Under the pieces are notes generated by a model. It ran no database searches and was not told the DNA's origin. It worked only from the letters and a program-made list of their open reading frames with translations. Shown piece after piece: positions 19,158 through 27,652 of a DNA stretch of 64,000 nt (positions are counted from its first letter, which is position 1; each line of letters opens with the position of its first letter). Position numbers and translations under genes: made by a program. This stretch comes from Candidatus Poriferisocius sp. (GTDB lineage: Bacteria; Actinomycetota; Acidimicrobiia; Acidimicrobiales; Bin134), in assembly GCF_965208475.1 (NCBI RefSeq), contig NZ_OZ242338.1:630760-694759 (forward strand). Direction: 5' to 3'.

Positions 19158-22016
19158 TTAACTTGTCCGCTCCCCCGAGCGCTCAATAGCCCGCACATCC
19201 GTCCCCAAGTAAGAAGCAATCACCAAAGGGTCGTTCCGCACCTCCTCCGGCGACCCCTCAGAGATCACCGACCCTGCCTCCAGGCAGTAGACCCGGTCGC
19301 TGATGCTCATGACCAGCGGCATATCGTGCTCGATCACCACCACCGCCGCGCCCAGCTCGGCCTGGATGCGCCGGATAAGCGGCCCGAAGGCCTCGCTCTC
19401 CCGCTGGGCCACCCCGCCGGTGGGCTCGTCCAGCAGAAGCACTTTGGCGTCCACCGCCAACAGGCTGGCCAACTCCACAATGCGCCTAGTGCCGGTGGAC
19501 AGGTTGGAGATGAAGTGGTCGGCATAGCGGCCCAGGCCCACGAAGTCCATGAGTCCGTCCACATCGGCCCGCTTGCGCCGCTCCATTCCCGGCGACGGCG
19601 GCACTCCCAGCAGCGACGGAACCAGAAGCGAGCGGTCCCGGGCCTCCATCGAAACCATCAGCGCCTCTCGCACCGTGAGGTCGGGATACAGCTTGGCGTG
19701 CTGGAACCCCCGGCCCAGGCCGCCCCGGTGGCGGCGATATGAGGGCAGATGGGCGATATCCCGCCCCAGCACTTCCACTTCGCCTCGGAACGGCACGAAG
19801 CCGCTGATGGCGTTCATGAGGGTGGACTTGCCCGCTCCGTTGGAGCCGATCAACCCAACTAGCTCTCCTTGGTAGACATCGATGGAAACATCGTCCACCG
19901 CCACCTTGCCCCCAAAATGCACGTGAACATCCCGCACCGACAGCCACGGGTGCCCCTCCTCCACCGCCACAATGCGCTCGCTGGTGATGGGCACCGGCTT
20001 GTCCATCGCCGAGACCGGCACGGGTATGTCCCGGGCCGCCATTCGCTCATCGGCCAACCCCAGCAAGAAGTCGCGCAACTTGTAGATGAGCTGCATGATC
20101 CCGCCGGGGAAGTACATCAGCAACAACAGCAGCCCCACCCCGGACGTGAGCAATCGCACTTCGTCGCTGGCCCCGAAGATGGCCGGGATGCCCTTCACCC
20201 ACAGCACCCCCAGCAGAGGGCCGGCAATCGATCCCAATCCCCCGATGATGGCGATGGCAATGACGTTGATCGACTCGTTGGCGTTGAACAGCACTTGAGG
20301 ATTGATGGTGGGCTCGCCGGTGATGATCAGGCCCCCGCCCAGCGCGGCCAGCCCCCCGGCCAGGGTGAACGAGATGAGCTTGATGCGGCTGCTCGACACG
20401 GTGGACGCGGCTGCCATGTCCTCGTTGTCGCGCACCGCGATCATCATCCGCCCGATCCCGGTCTTCCGCAGGTGGGCCACCATCCACACGGCTAGGGCCA
20501 AGAGCACCAGAACCAGGAAGAAGAACGACTTGCGGGAGGCGGTGAAATCGAACGGGCCCCACACCGGTGGGATGACCTTGGGCGAGTTCGTGGCCCCTTG
20601 GGTGAACACGTCCTGCACAAAGATCCACGACATGGCGGCGATGGCGAACGCCAGCGTGGTCACCGCCAGCATCAGGCCCTTGACCCGCAGCGCGGGCACG
20701 CCGATGATGAAGGCGGTGATCATGCCCGCGGCCACTGCGATCACCATGGCCACTCCCCAGGGCAGGTCGAACGACCAGTCCCACCAGTCGAACGGAATGG
20801 GGATGTCGCTGTTCTCGGTCAGTGCCACCACGGTGAGACCGCCAACGCCGGCGAAGGCGAACTGGCCCAAGGAGAGCTGGCCCGCCCAGCCGGTGAGCAT
20901 CGACACCGACAAAGCGATCAGCGCGAAGCCCAGAATCCGGGTCCAGGTGTAGAGGTTGGAGTTCTTGTTGAGAAACAGCCCGAGCAGCACAAGGCCGCCG
21001 AAGAGGGCCCCGAAGCCGAACCGGGTCAGGTTGCGGATGTACCAAAGGTTGCGGAGCCGCTCGGGAACGGCCTTCACCTTGGGCGACAGCGACCACTCCC
21101 CCTCGTCCTCGCTGCCCCGGCGGGCGAACAGCACTGTGATCACCAAGATGGCAATGAAGAAGATCACATCCACGGCCTCGCGGATATCCCGGTCCACGTT
21201 CCCCTGGAACAGCCGCTGGAAGATGCCCAGGCCGATGCCGGCGATCAGCGTGACCCACAGCGAGCGCATTCGGGCAATCAGCGCCACCAGCAGCACCCGC
21301 AAGAGCAGGCCAGGCCCGAGGCTGGCGGTTCCCGCGGCGGCCGCGCTCACCCGAAACGGCGCCAGCAGGATCAGGGTCACCCCGGCTAGCCCCCCCCCGA
21401 TGGTCCACACCATGGTGGACACCCGACGCACGCTGATGCCGAACAGCCGCCCGGTGTCGGCGTTCTCCGCCGAGGCCCGGATGGCCAGCCCGTAGCGGGT
21501 GCGGCCCAAGAACAGCGCCAAGATCACGATCACCAGCGGCACCACGATCACCACCAGCAGCTCGCGCCCCCCGATGCGGAGATGATCGGTGACCTCCCAC
21601 CGGAAATCCTGGGCGGTGAGCTTCGGGGGCAGGGGGAACGGCCCCGGCCGCGACACGTCGGGCAACTCGATGGAGGCGAAGATGGCCAGTTGCGCCACCC
21701 CCAAGGTGGCGATGAACAGCACCAGGCGCGGCGAGTTGAACAGCCGACGCACCACCACCAGCTCGGTGACCATGGCGAAACCGGCCGCGGCCCCGATCGA
21801 CAGGAAGAACGCCACCCAGTAGGGCACGTCGTAGCGGAACGTAAGCATGGCCATGAGCGCCACGCCGAAGCTGCCGATCTCGGCGTGGGCAAAGTTCAGC
21901 ACCCCGGTCGACCGGTAGATCAGCACGAACCCTGCCGCCAGAGCCGCCACGATCAACCCCTGAACGCTGCCCGAGAACAAGTCCTGCTGGGAGATCTCCC
22001 AGCCGATGTCGATCAT
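19158..22016 (-). CDS. fused LIV-type ABC transporter: LivH-like permease + LivM-like permease + LivG-like ATPase
   Basis: A single 952-aa ORF. Two successive polytopic permease regions are followed by a C-terminal NBD (GLIGSNGAGKSTLMN encoded at 19812-19850, LSTGTRR signature, LLLDEPTGG Walker B). Confidence 0.85.
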   Translation of the reverse strand: MIDIGWEISQQDLFSGSVQGLIVAALAAGFVLIYRSTGVLNFAHAEIGSFGVALMAMLTFRYDVPYWVAFFLSIGAAAGFAMVTELVVVRRLFNSPRLVLFIATLGVAQLAIFASIELPDVSRPGPFPLPPKLTAQDFRWEVTDHLRIGGRELLVVIVVPLVIVILALFLGRTRYGLAIRASAENADTGRLFGISVRRVSTMVWTIGGGLAGVTLILLAPFRVSAAAAGTASLGPGLLLRVLLVALIARMRSLWVTLIAGIGLGIFQRLFQGNVDRDIREAVDVIFFIAILVITVLFARRGSEDEGEWSLSPKVKAVPERLRNLWYIRNLTRFGFGALFGGLVLLGLFLNKNSNLYTWTRILGFALIALSVSMLTGWAGQLSLGQFAFAGVGGLTVVALTENSDIPIPFDWWDWSFDLPWGVAMVIAVAAGMITAFIIGVPALRVKGLMLAVTTLAFAIAAMSWIFVQDVFTQGATNSPKVIPPVWGPFDFTASRKSFFFLVLVLLALAVWMVAHLRKTGIGRMMIAVRDNEDMAAASTVSSSRIKLISFTLAGGLAALGGGLIITGEPTINPQVLFNANESINVIAIAIIGGLGSIAGPLLGVLWVKGIPAIFGASDEVRLLTSGVGLLLLLMYFPGGIMQLIYKLRDFLLGLADERMAARDIPVPVSAMDKPVPITSERIVAVEEGHPWLSVRDVHVHFGGKVAVDDVSIDVYQGELVGLIGSNGAGKSTLMNAISGFVPFRGEVEVLGRDIAHLPSYRRHRGGLGRGFQHAKLYPDLTVREALMVSMEARDRSLLVPSLLGVPPSPGMERRKRADVDGLMDFVGLGRYADHFISNLSTGTRRIVELASLLAVDAKVLLLDEPTGGVAQRESEAFGPLIRRIQAELGAAVVVIEHDMPLVMSISDRVYCLEAGSVISEGSPEEVRNDPLVIASYLGTDVRAIERSGERTS

Positions 22017-22065
22017 TGCCCCCCCGCCCTGCGATGGCGCGGTCTAGCGTCAACCCCGCCCACGC

Positions 22066-24306
22066 TCAACCGCCCTCGGCGCCCAGGAACACCGCCCGCA
22101 CCAGGTCGTCCCGCTCGGCCAGCTCTTGGGCCGGACCCTCGAAGCGAACCCGCCCCTTCTCCATGAACACCGCCCGCTCGGCCACGCTGAGCGCCACGTT
22201 CAGCGACTGCTCCACGATGATCATGGTCAGCCCGGTTGCCTTCAGCTGCTCTACCACTTCCAGCAGCTCCTGCACCACCACTGGTGCCAGGCCCAGCGAC
22301 AGCTCGTCGATGAGCAGAATCTCGGGCTCGTGCATCAAGCCCATCCCGAAGGCCAGCATCTGCTGCTGGCCTCCCGACAGGTCGCTGGCCGCCTGGCCGC
22401 GCTTTTCCCGCAACGCGCCGAACACGTCGTACACCCGCTCGACCCTCCGGAATACCTCGTCCTTCTCTGCTTTTGTGGACAGCATGGTGGCTAGGAGGTT
22501 CTCCTCCACCGTGAGGCCGGGGAACACCCCGGCACCGCCCCGCACCTGCACGATGCCCTGCTTGAAGCGCAGTTCGGCGTCGGCGTAGGTGATGGTGCGC
22601 CCGTTGAGACGGATGGCCCCACGGTCGGGCGCCCCCAGCCCGCTGACCGCCCGCAGAAGGGTGGACTTGCCCGCCCCGTTGGTTCCCAGCAGGGCCAGCG
22701 TCTCGCCCCGGCGCACTTCCAGGCCGCAGTCGAACAGCACCTGCACCGGGCCGTAGCTGTAGTCCAGCCCCCGCACCTGGAGCACCGGGATGTCGTCGGG
22801 ATGCTCCGACATTCGCCGCATCTCCTCCTGCTCCTCCACCAGCTCGCTCACCGCCAAGGAGATGTCGCGCTTGATGTAGCGGGAGCCGTAGGCCACCAGC
22901 AGGCCGCCGATGATCGAGGCCGGCGGGGCCACCACGCTGATGGCCAGCCTCTCTCCATGGGCATCGCTGATGGACCCGGCGATGATGCTGCCCATGAACC
23001 CGCCCATCAAGAAGATGAACACCGGCAGCAGGGCGAAGGCCTGGGCCCGCATCCGGTAGGGCGCCACCGCGCCGATGGTGGGCGCGGCGGCCACGAAGGA
23101 GGCCGACGTACACCCGTTGGCCAAGCTGATGCCGAAGATCATGAGGGCGGGCTGGTGGAACCTCATGGCGATGAGCACCAAAACGCCCGACATGATGATG
23201 AGCATGCCCGCAGTCCGCACCATCTTGGAGGGGTCCTCCCGGAACATTCCATCGAACTTGAATCCCGAGATGGGAATGGCCACCAGGCTGGCCAACCACA
23301 CCAGCGACGTCACCCAGCCCCGCTGGAAGGCGTCATAGCCGTACTCGTCTTTCAGCATCAGGTTTAGCTGGCTGGGAAGCGTCACAAGTGCGAAACCCAG
23401 GGTGCCCACGCCCACGGCGAGGAAATAGAAGGTCTTGACCTTTTTGAGCCGGGCGAAGGCGGTGGACATCGACACCGGCAGGTCCGAGCCAATGGGCGGC
23501 ATCTCATACTGCTCGCCCAAAATGGCCTGCTGCTCGTTGCCTGCTCGGGGTGGCTCCTTCAGGATCAGCGACAACAGCGCCAGGCCAATCGGAGGGATGG
23601 CGAAGATGTAGAACGCCCAGCGCCAGCCGTCATCTCCGCCGGCGATGGATGCAATCGCTCCGGCCAAGACCGGGCCGATTAGCAGGCCGATGGGCCGGCC
23701 CATGCCCTCGAAGGCGAAAATCCGAGCTCGGGCGGGAATGGGGTATGTGTCAGTGAGCAGCGAAGAATGCACCGGCAAGCGATTGGCCTGGCCCGCACCG
23801 GTGAGAACTCTGGTCCAAAAGTACTGGAACGGGTTCTTCACCAATCCGGTGAGGAACACGCTCACCGCCCACCCCGCAGTGGCCACGGGCACGATGAGGG
23901 TGCGCTTGACCCGGTCGGCCAGCCAGGCCAGCGGCACCGCCCCCAGCACCAGGGCCACACCGCCGAACGAGGAGATGCCCAGGATCACCGTGTCGGACAC
24001 GCCGAAGGCGTCTTGGAGGTCGGGCAGGAGCACGGCGATCGCCACCCTGTCGAACTCGTCGATCACATTGAGCAAGAAGAGCACAACGAGCATGCTGGCC
24101 CCGCCGGCCCGTATCCCCTGCCGGAGGGTCATCGGCTCTTCGCCCACCCCGGGCAGCAGGTCGTCGGGCAGCACCACCACCTCCGACTTGGCCGCCTGCT
24201 CGGCTAAGCGCTTGGACTCCTCTTCGAATACCGCAGAGGCCAGGTTGGCCGGGTCGTCCAAGGCTGGCTCGCCTGGAGCAGACTCCCCGTCCACAGGCTT
24301 ATCCAT
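22066..24306 (-). CDS. MFS-type polytopic domain fused to LivF-like ABC ATPase
   Basis: A single 746-aa ORF. The N-terminal ~480 aa are multi-TM with MFS motif-A-like LAWLADRVKRTLIV. An acidic linker ELVEEQEEMRRMSEHPDD follows. The NBD has GTNGAGKSTLLRAVSG, LSGGQQQML and LLIDELSLGLAP. Confidence 0.85.
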   Translation of the reverse strand: MDKPVDGESAPGEPALDDPANLASAVFEEESKRLAEQAAKSEVVVLPDDLLPGVGEEPMTLRQGIRAGGASMLVVLFLLNVIDEFDRVAIAVLLPDLQDAFGVSDTVILGISSFGGVALVLGAVPLAWLADRVKRTLIVPVATAGWAVSVFLTGLVKNPFQYFWTRVLTGAGQANRLPVHSSLLTDTYPIPARARIFAFEGMGRPIGLLIGPVLAGAIASIAGGDDGWRWAFYIFAIPPIGLALLSLILKEPPRAGNEQQAILGEQYEMPPIGSDLPVSMSTAFARLKKVKTFYFLAVGVGTLGFALVTLPSQLNLMLKDEYGYDAFQRGWVTSLVWLASLVAIPISGFKFDGMFREDPSKMVRTAGMLIIMSGVLVLIAMRFHQPALMIFGISLANGCTSASFVAAAPTIGAVAPYRMRAQAFALLPVFIFLMGGFMGSIIAGSISDAHGERLAISVVAPPASIIGGLLVAYGSRYIKRDISLAVSELVEEQEEMRRMSEHPDDIPVLQVRGLDYSYGPVQVLFDCGLEVRRGETLALLGTNGAGKSTLLRAVSGLGAPDRGAIRLNGRTITYADAELRFKQGIVQVRGGAGVFPGLTVEENLLATMLSTKAEKDEVFRRVERVYDVFGALREKRGQAASDLSGGQQQMLAFGMGLMHEPEILLIDELSLGLAPVVVQELLEVVEQLKATGLTMIIVEQSLNVALSVAERAVFMEKGRVRFEGPAQELAERDDLVRAVFLGAEGG

Positions 24307-24428
24307 AGCTGCCCCTCATCGGGGCAAGACACTAGGCCATCGGCTCTACGCCGCGCACGACAGCGGCTGTTCACAGCGGACGACTTCATCGGCTACTGTT
24401 CAACGCCAAGCTACGGAGAGGGGTAACC

Positions 24429-26126
24429 GTGTCTCGAAGGATGCTGAAGTTGTGGGGTGCGCTGCTTGTGCTCGCGCTGGTCGCCGCCGCCTGTGGAGGC
24501 GGAAACGACGATGACGGCGGAGGCGCGGCGCCCGCCCCTTCGGAGCCCACCGCCGCTCCGGCCCCCGACGGGCCCGATGCCCCCGACGACGCCGGCGATG
24601 GCGACGAACCCGCCCCCGACACACCCGATGCCCCCGACGAGCCCGCTCCCGACGACCCGTCGGGTGAATCCGGCGAGCCATCCGAACCGGCCCCCGATGA
24701 ACCGGTGGACATCGGCTTCGACGAGCCCCGAGGCGAGCTGTTCACCGAGTTCCACAGGACATTCGACCGCGCGCACCCGTTCCAGCCCCTAGACGTGTTC
24801 TGCACAGCCACGCCTGATCCAGACTCACCGCCTCAGGCCACCGATGCGGGCATCACCGAGGACTCCATCACCATCGTCCACCTCCGCACCAAGCTCGAGG
24901 AGCTGGAGGGCATAGGTTTCGCCGTTCCGGTGGGCGATCCCAAGGACATGTTCGAAGCGTTTACCAAGGCCATCAACGACGACTGCAATGGGATCTGGGG
25001 TCGCCAAATCAACCTCCGCCTTGTGGAAGTATCGGCATTGGGCGGCGGCGGCGAGGACATCGACACCTTGCGCAACCAAGCCTGCATCGAGGCCACCGAG
25101 GATCACAACGCGGTGATCGTGACCAACACCACCGGCTTCCAGGGCACGGCCATCTTGTGCATAACCGCCGACCACGACACCCTGTTCCTTACCACCCAGG
25201 GCAACCCCGGCCACTTCCATGAACAGGCCAGCGGCCTGCTGTACTCGCTCAGCCCTGTCGCCGAGGACTCGGTGGTCAACATGACCCAGGCGGTCATCGA
25301 CACCGGCGGCCTGGACGGCAAGACAATCGCGGTGATCTGGCCCGACACCCCCGGGCAACCCGAGACCGTGCAAACCGGGATCATCGAGGTTTTGGAGGCC
25401 GCAGGCTACGACATCGCCGTAGCCGAGCAGATCGGCTGCGGCGGGGAAACCACCTGCCGCGACGGCAACGACATCGCAGTGGAGCGAATGCTCGAGGAGG
25501 GCGTTGACGTGGTCTTCCCCGCCCTCAACGTGCTCAGCCTGCCCCAGTTCATCAACGAGATGATCAACCAGGGATTCGCCCCCGGCGACGTTCAGTTCTA
25601 CAACTCTGACTTCAACAGCCAGGCCGGCGACTTGGTGTCGGGCAAGGTGGCCCAGTTCGGAGGAAACGCGGCCGCTGAGCTCTACAACGGCACGATCATC
25701 ATTGATGACGCCCCCACCGGGAACTTCCGCTCCGAGGATCCTGTGCTCAGCTTCAACGCGCCTCTGAACATCATGTGCAACGAGACATACGCGGCCAACA
25801 GCGCCATCGGCGCCCGGCACATACGTGACGTGTACGGGAGCTACGACAGCGCCTACGGCATGACCTCCACGGTGTGTACCGAGATGCGCATGGTGGCCCG
25901 GGCCATCTACGACGCCGGTCCCAACCCCACCCGCCAAGACATCTACAACGCTTTTGCCAACCTGGGTTCGGTGGACATCCAGCACCAGCTTCCCGCCACA
26001 TTCGGCCCCGACAAGTTCGGCGCCCCCGACGTGGTGACCGAGTTGGTGTTCAACTTCCCGTGTCCCGCCGATCCCGACATTCCCACCTGCGTCCAGCAGA
26101 CTGCCCCCTACCGAAGCCTCGGGTAG
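24429..26126 (+). CDS. lipoprotein, type I periplasmic-binding-protein (LivK-like) ABC substrate-binding protein with acidic Pro-rich linker
   Basis: Signal plus lipobox LVLALVAAAC. About 90 aa of A/P/D/E/G low complexity precede a ~450-aa binding-protein-like domain. It is divergent from the LIV ABC genes. Confidence 0.75.
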   Translation: MSRRMLKLWGALLVLALVAAACGGGNDDDGGGAAPAPSEPTAAPAPDGPDAPDDAGDGDEPAPDTPDAPDEPAPDDPSGESGEPSEPAPDEPVDIGFDEPRGELFTEFHRTFDRAHPFQPLDVFCTATPDPDSPPQATDAGITEDSITIVHLRTKLEELEGIGFAVPVGDPKDMFEAFTKAINDDCNGIWGRQINLRLVEVSALGGGGEDIDTLRNQACIEATEDHNAVIVTNTTGFQGTAILCITADHDTLFLTTQGNPGHFHEQASGLLYSLSPVAEDSVVNMTQAVIDTGGLDGKTIAVIWPDTPGQPETVQTGIIEVLEAAGYDIAVAEQIGCGGETTCRDGNDIAVERMLEEGVDVVFPALNVLSLPQFINEMINQGFAPGDVQFYNSDFNSQAGDLVSGKVAQFGGNAAAELYNGTIIIDDAPTGNFRSEDPVLSFNAPLNIMCNETYAANSAIGARHIRDVYGSYDSAYGMTSTVCTEMRMVARAIYDAGPNPTRQDIYNAFANLGSVDIQHQLPATFGPDKFGAPDVVTELVFNFPCPADPDIPTCVQQTAPYRSLG

Positions 26127-26195
26127 TGATTCCTGCGGCCCTCCCGAGCGCCGTCGCCGTCTCGCTTTCCATGGGGCGGCGGTAGCATCGGGAGG

Positions 26196-27056
26196 GTGAA
26201 TAGTCTGAGGCGCCGCCGGGGCCGGCGATCGTTGGGGTTTGCCGCCGCGGGCCTAGCCCTAGCTCTGGCCCTCCTCGCGGCGGCCTGCGGAGACACCGAG
26301 ACATCGACGATCGACAGCGCCGGGTTGGAAACGGCGCCCACTGCCGCATCAAGCAGTACACAAGCCCCTGATCGGCCCGAAGGCGAACCCGCCCCTGCCT
26401 CCGAGTCGGGCTCCACCCAAGAATCCGCCTCCACCCCTTCGCCTGCTGCCACCCAAGCCCCACTGCCAACCCCTGTCTCGACACCGCTGCCCACCACCGA
26501 CCCCGCAACGGAGCCGACACCGCTACCCGCCCCTGAGTCCCCGGCGGAACCGGCGCCGGAGCCCCCGCCGCCCCCCACCCCAGAACCGCCACCGCCACCC
26601 CCGCCGCCTCCCACCCCGGAACCGCCACCGGTCCCCGATTCAGATCTGCCCTCGGTGGAGGTGGTGAATGTGGCCACTGGGGCCACGGTGAACCTGGCCG
26701 GTTTCGCGCCGGCTGATCGTCCCATAGTGCTGTGGTTCTGGGCCCCCCATTGATCCACCTGCAACCGGGAAGCCCCCGGCGTCGAGCAGTTCGCTCGACA
26801 AAACGCCGACAAGCTCACCGTCGTCGGAGTGGGAACCCAGGACTCCCTGGGACAGGCCGAAGATTTCGTGAGCCGCCACGGAACCACATTCACCATGCTG
26901 TGGGACCGGACATTCCAATCCTGGAACCAGCTGGGCATAACCGGCCAGCCCGCTGGGATGCTCATGAACCGCTACGGTCAGATCATCGACCAGTGGAGGG
27001 GCGACATCCCCCGCGGCCAGGTTCTGGACGCCGTAGCAGAATTGAGCTCAACCTGA
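26196..27056 (+). CDS. TlpA/ResA-like thioredoxin-fold lipoprotein, probable selenoprotein (UGA at 26751-26753 read as Sec)
   Basis: The ORF track splits it into 26196-26753 and 26829-27056, which are in the same frame. Lipobox LLAAAC and a Pro-rich linker. VLWFWAPH-TGA-STCNREAP aligns to WAxWCxxCxxEAP. Clear thioredoxin-fold sequence continues after the TGA. Confidence 0.7.
26759..26789 (+). promoter_or_regulatory. SECIS-like hairpin downstream of in-frame UGA (copy 1)
   Basis: Stem CCGGG (26765-69), loop AAGCC, stem CCCGG (26775-79), with an outer CTGC/GCAG pairing. The stem begins 14 nt after the U of UGA. Confidence 0.45.
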
Positions 27057-27057
27057 C

Positions 27058-27645
27058 ATGAATCTGCCCCGAGCACCCAGAACCCGGCTCATAGCGCTTG
27101 CCATCGCCGTGGCCCTTGGGGCCGCGGCTTGCGGCGACAGCACCGCCCCTCCCACCGCCACACCGGCAACCACAGCCCCGACCGAGGCCCCGGCCCCGGC
27201 AGCCGAATCGGCGCCGCAGACCGAGGCCCCGGCCCCGGCGTCAGATCTGCCGTCGGTGGATGTGGTGGATTTGGCCACTGGTGACACGGTGAACCTGGCT
27301 GGTTTCGCGCCGTCTGATCGTCCCATAGTGCTGTGGTTCTGGGCGCCCCATTGATCCACCTGCCGCCGGGAAGCCCCCGGCGTCGAGCAGTTCGCTCGAA
27401 AGAATGCCGACAAGGTCACCGTCATCGGAGTGGGTGCCCAAGACAGCCTTGGGCTGGCCCAAGCCTTCGTTCAGTCCACCGGAACCACCTTCACCATGCT
27501 CTGGGATTCGACATTTGAATCTTGGCGACAGCTGGGTATTTTCGGTCAGCCCGCAGGGATACTGCTGGACCGCAACGGCGCAATCCTCAGCTCATGGCGA
27601 GGCGGTATACCACAGAGCCGGGTGCTGGAAGCCGTCGGCGCCTAG
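27058..27645 (+). CDS. TlpA/ResA-like thioredoxin-fold lipoprotein, probable selenoprotein (UGA at 27352-27354 read as Sec), tandem paralog
   Basis: The ORF track splits it into 27058-27354 and 27430-27645, which are in the same frame. Lipobox ALGAAAC. VLWFWAPH-TGA-STCRREAP. The start is 1 nt after the upstream stop. Confidence 0.7.
27360..27390 (+). promoter_or_regulatory. SECIS-like hairpin downstream of in-frame UGA (copy 2)
   Basis: 7-bp stem CGCCGGG (27364-70), loop AAGCC, stem CCCGGCG (27376-82), with an outer CTGC/GCAG pairing. The stem begins 12 nt after the U of UGA. Confidence 0.5.
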
Positions 27646-27652
27646 CGGCCGG

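Noticed and set aside
20047-23299. Very long alternative-frame ORFs (20047-22053 minus, 668 aa; 22013-23299 minus, 428 aa; 20598-21389 plus, and others)
   Set aside because: Their translations are Arg/Gly/Pro/Ala/His-rich low complexity with no motifs. They overlap ORFs that carry clear permease and ABC ATPase motifs. These are typical high-GC shadow frames.
26751-26828. Interpreting the TGA-split TlpA-like genes (and the equivalent at 27352-27429) as pseudogenes or as separate short ORFs
   Set aside because: The identical nonsense position falls exactly on the catalytic Cys in two diverged paralogs. The frames stay intact downstream with many synonymous differences. A conserved hairpin follows each TGA. 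All of this fits Sec recoding better than decay. The call remains unproven without the Sec machinery genes.
26108-26965. 285-aa minus-strand ORF rich in Gly runs
   Set aside because: It is the antisense of the proline-rich linker (ccgcc repeats read as GGGGG) of the lipoprotein gene. It has no start context or motifs.
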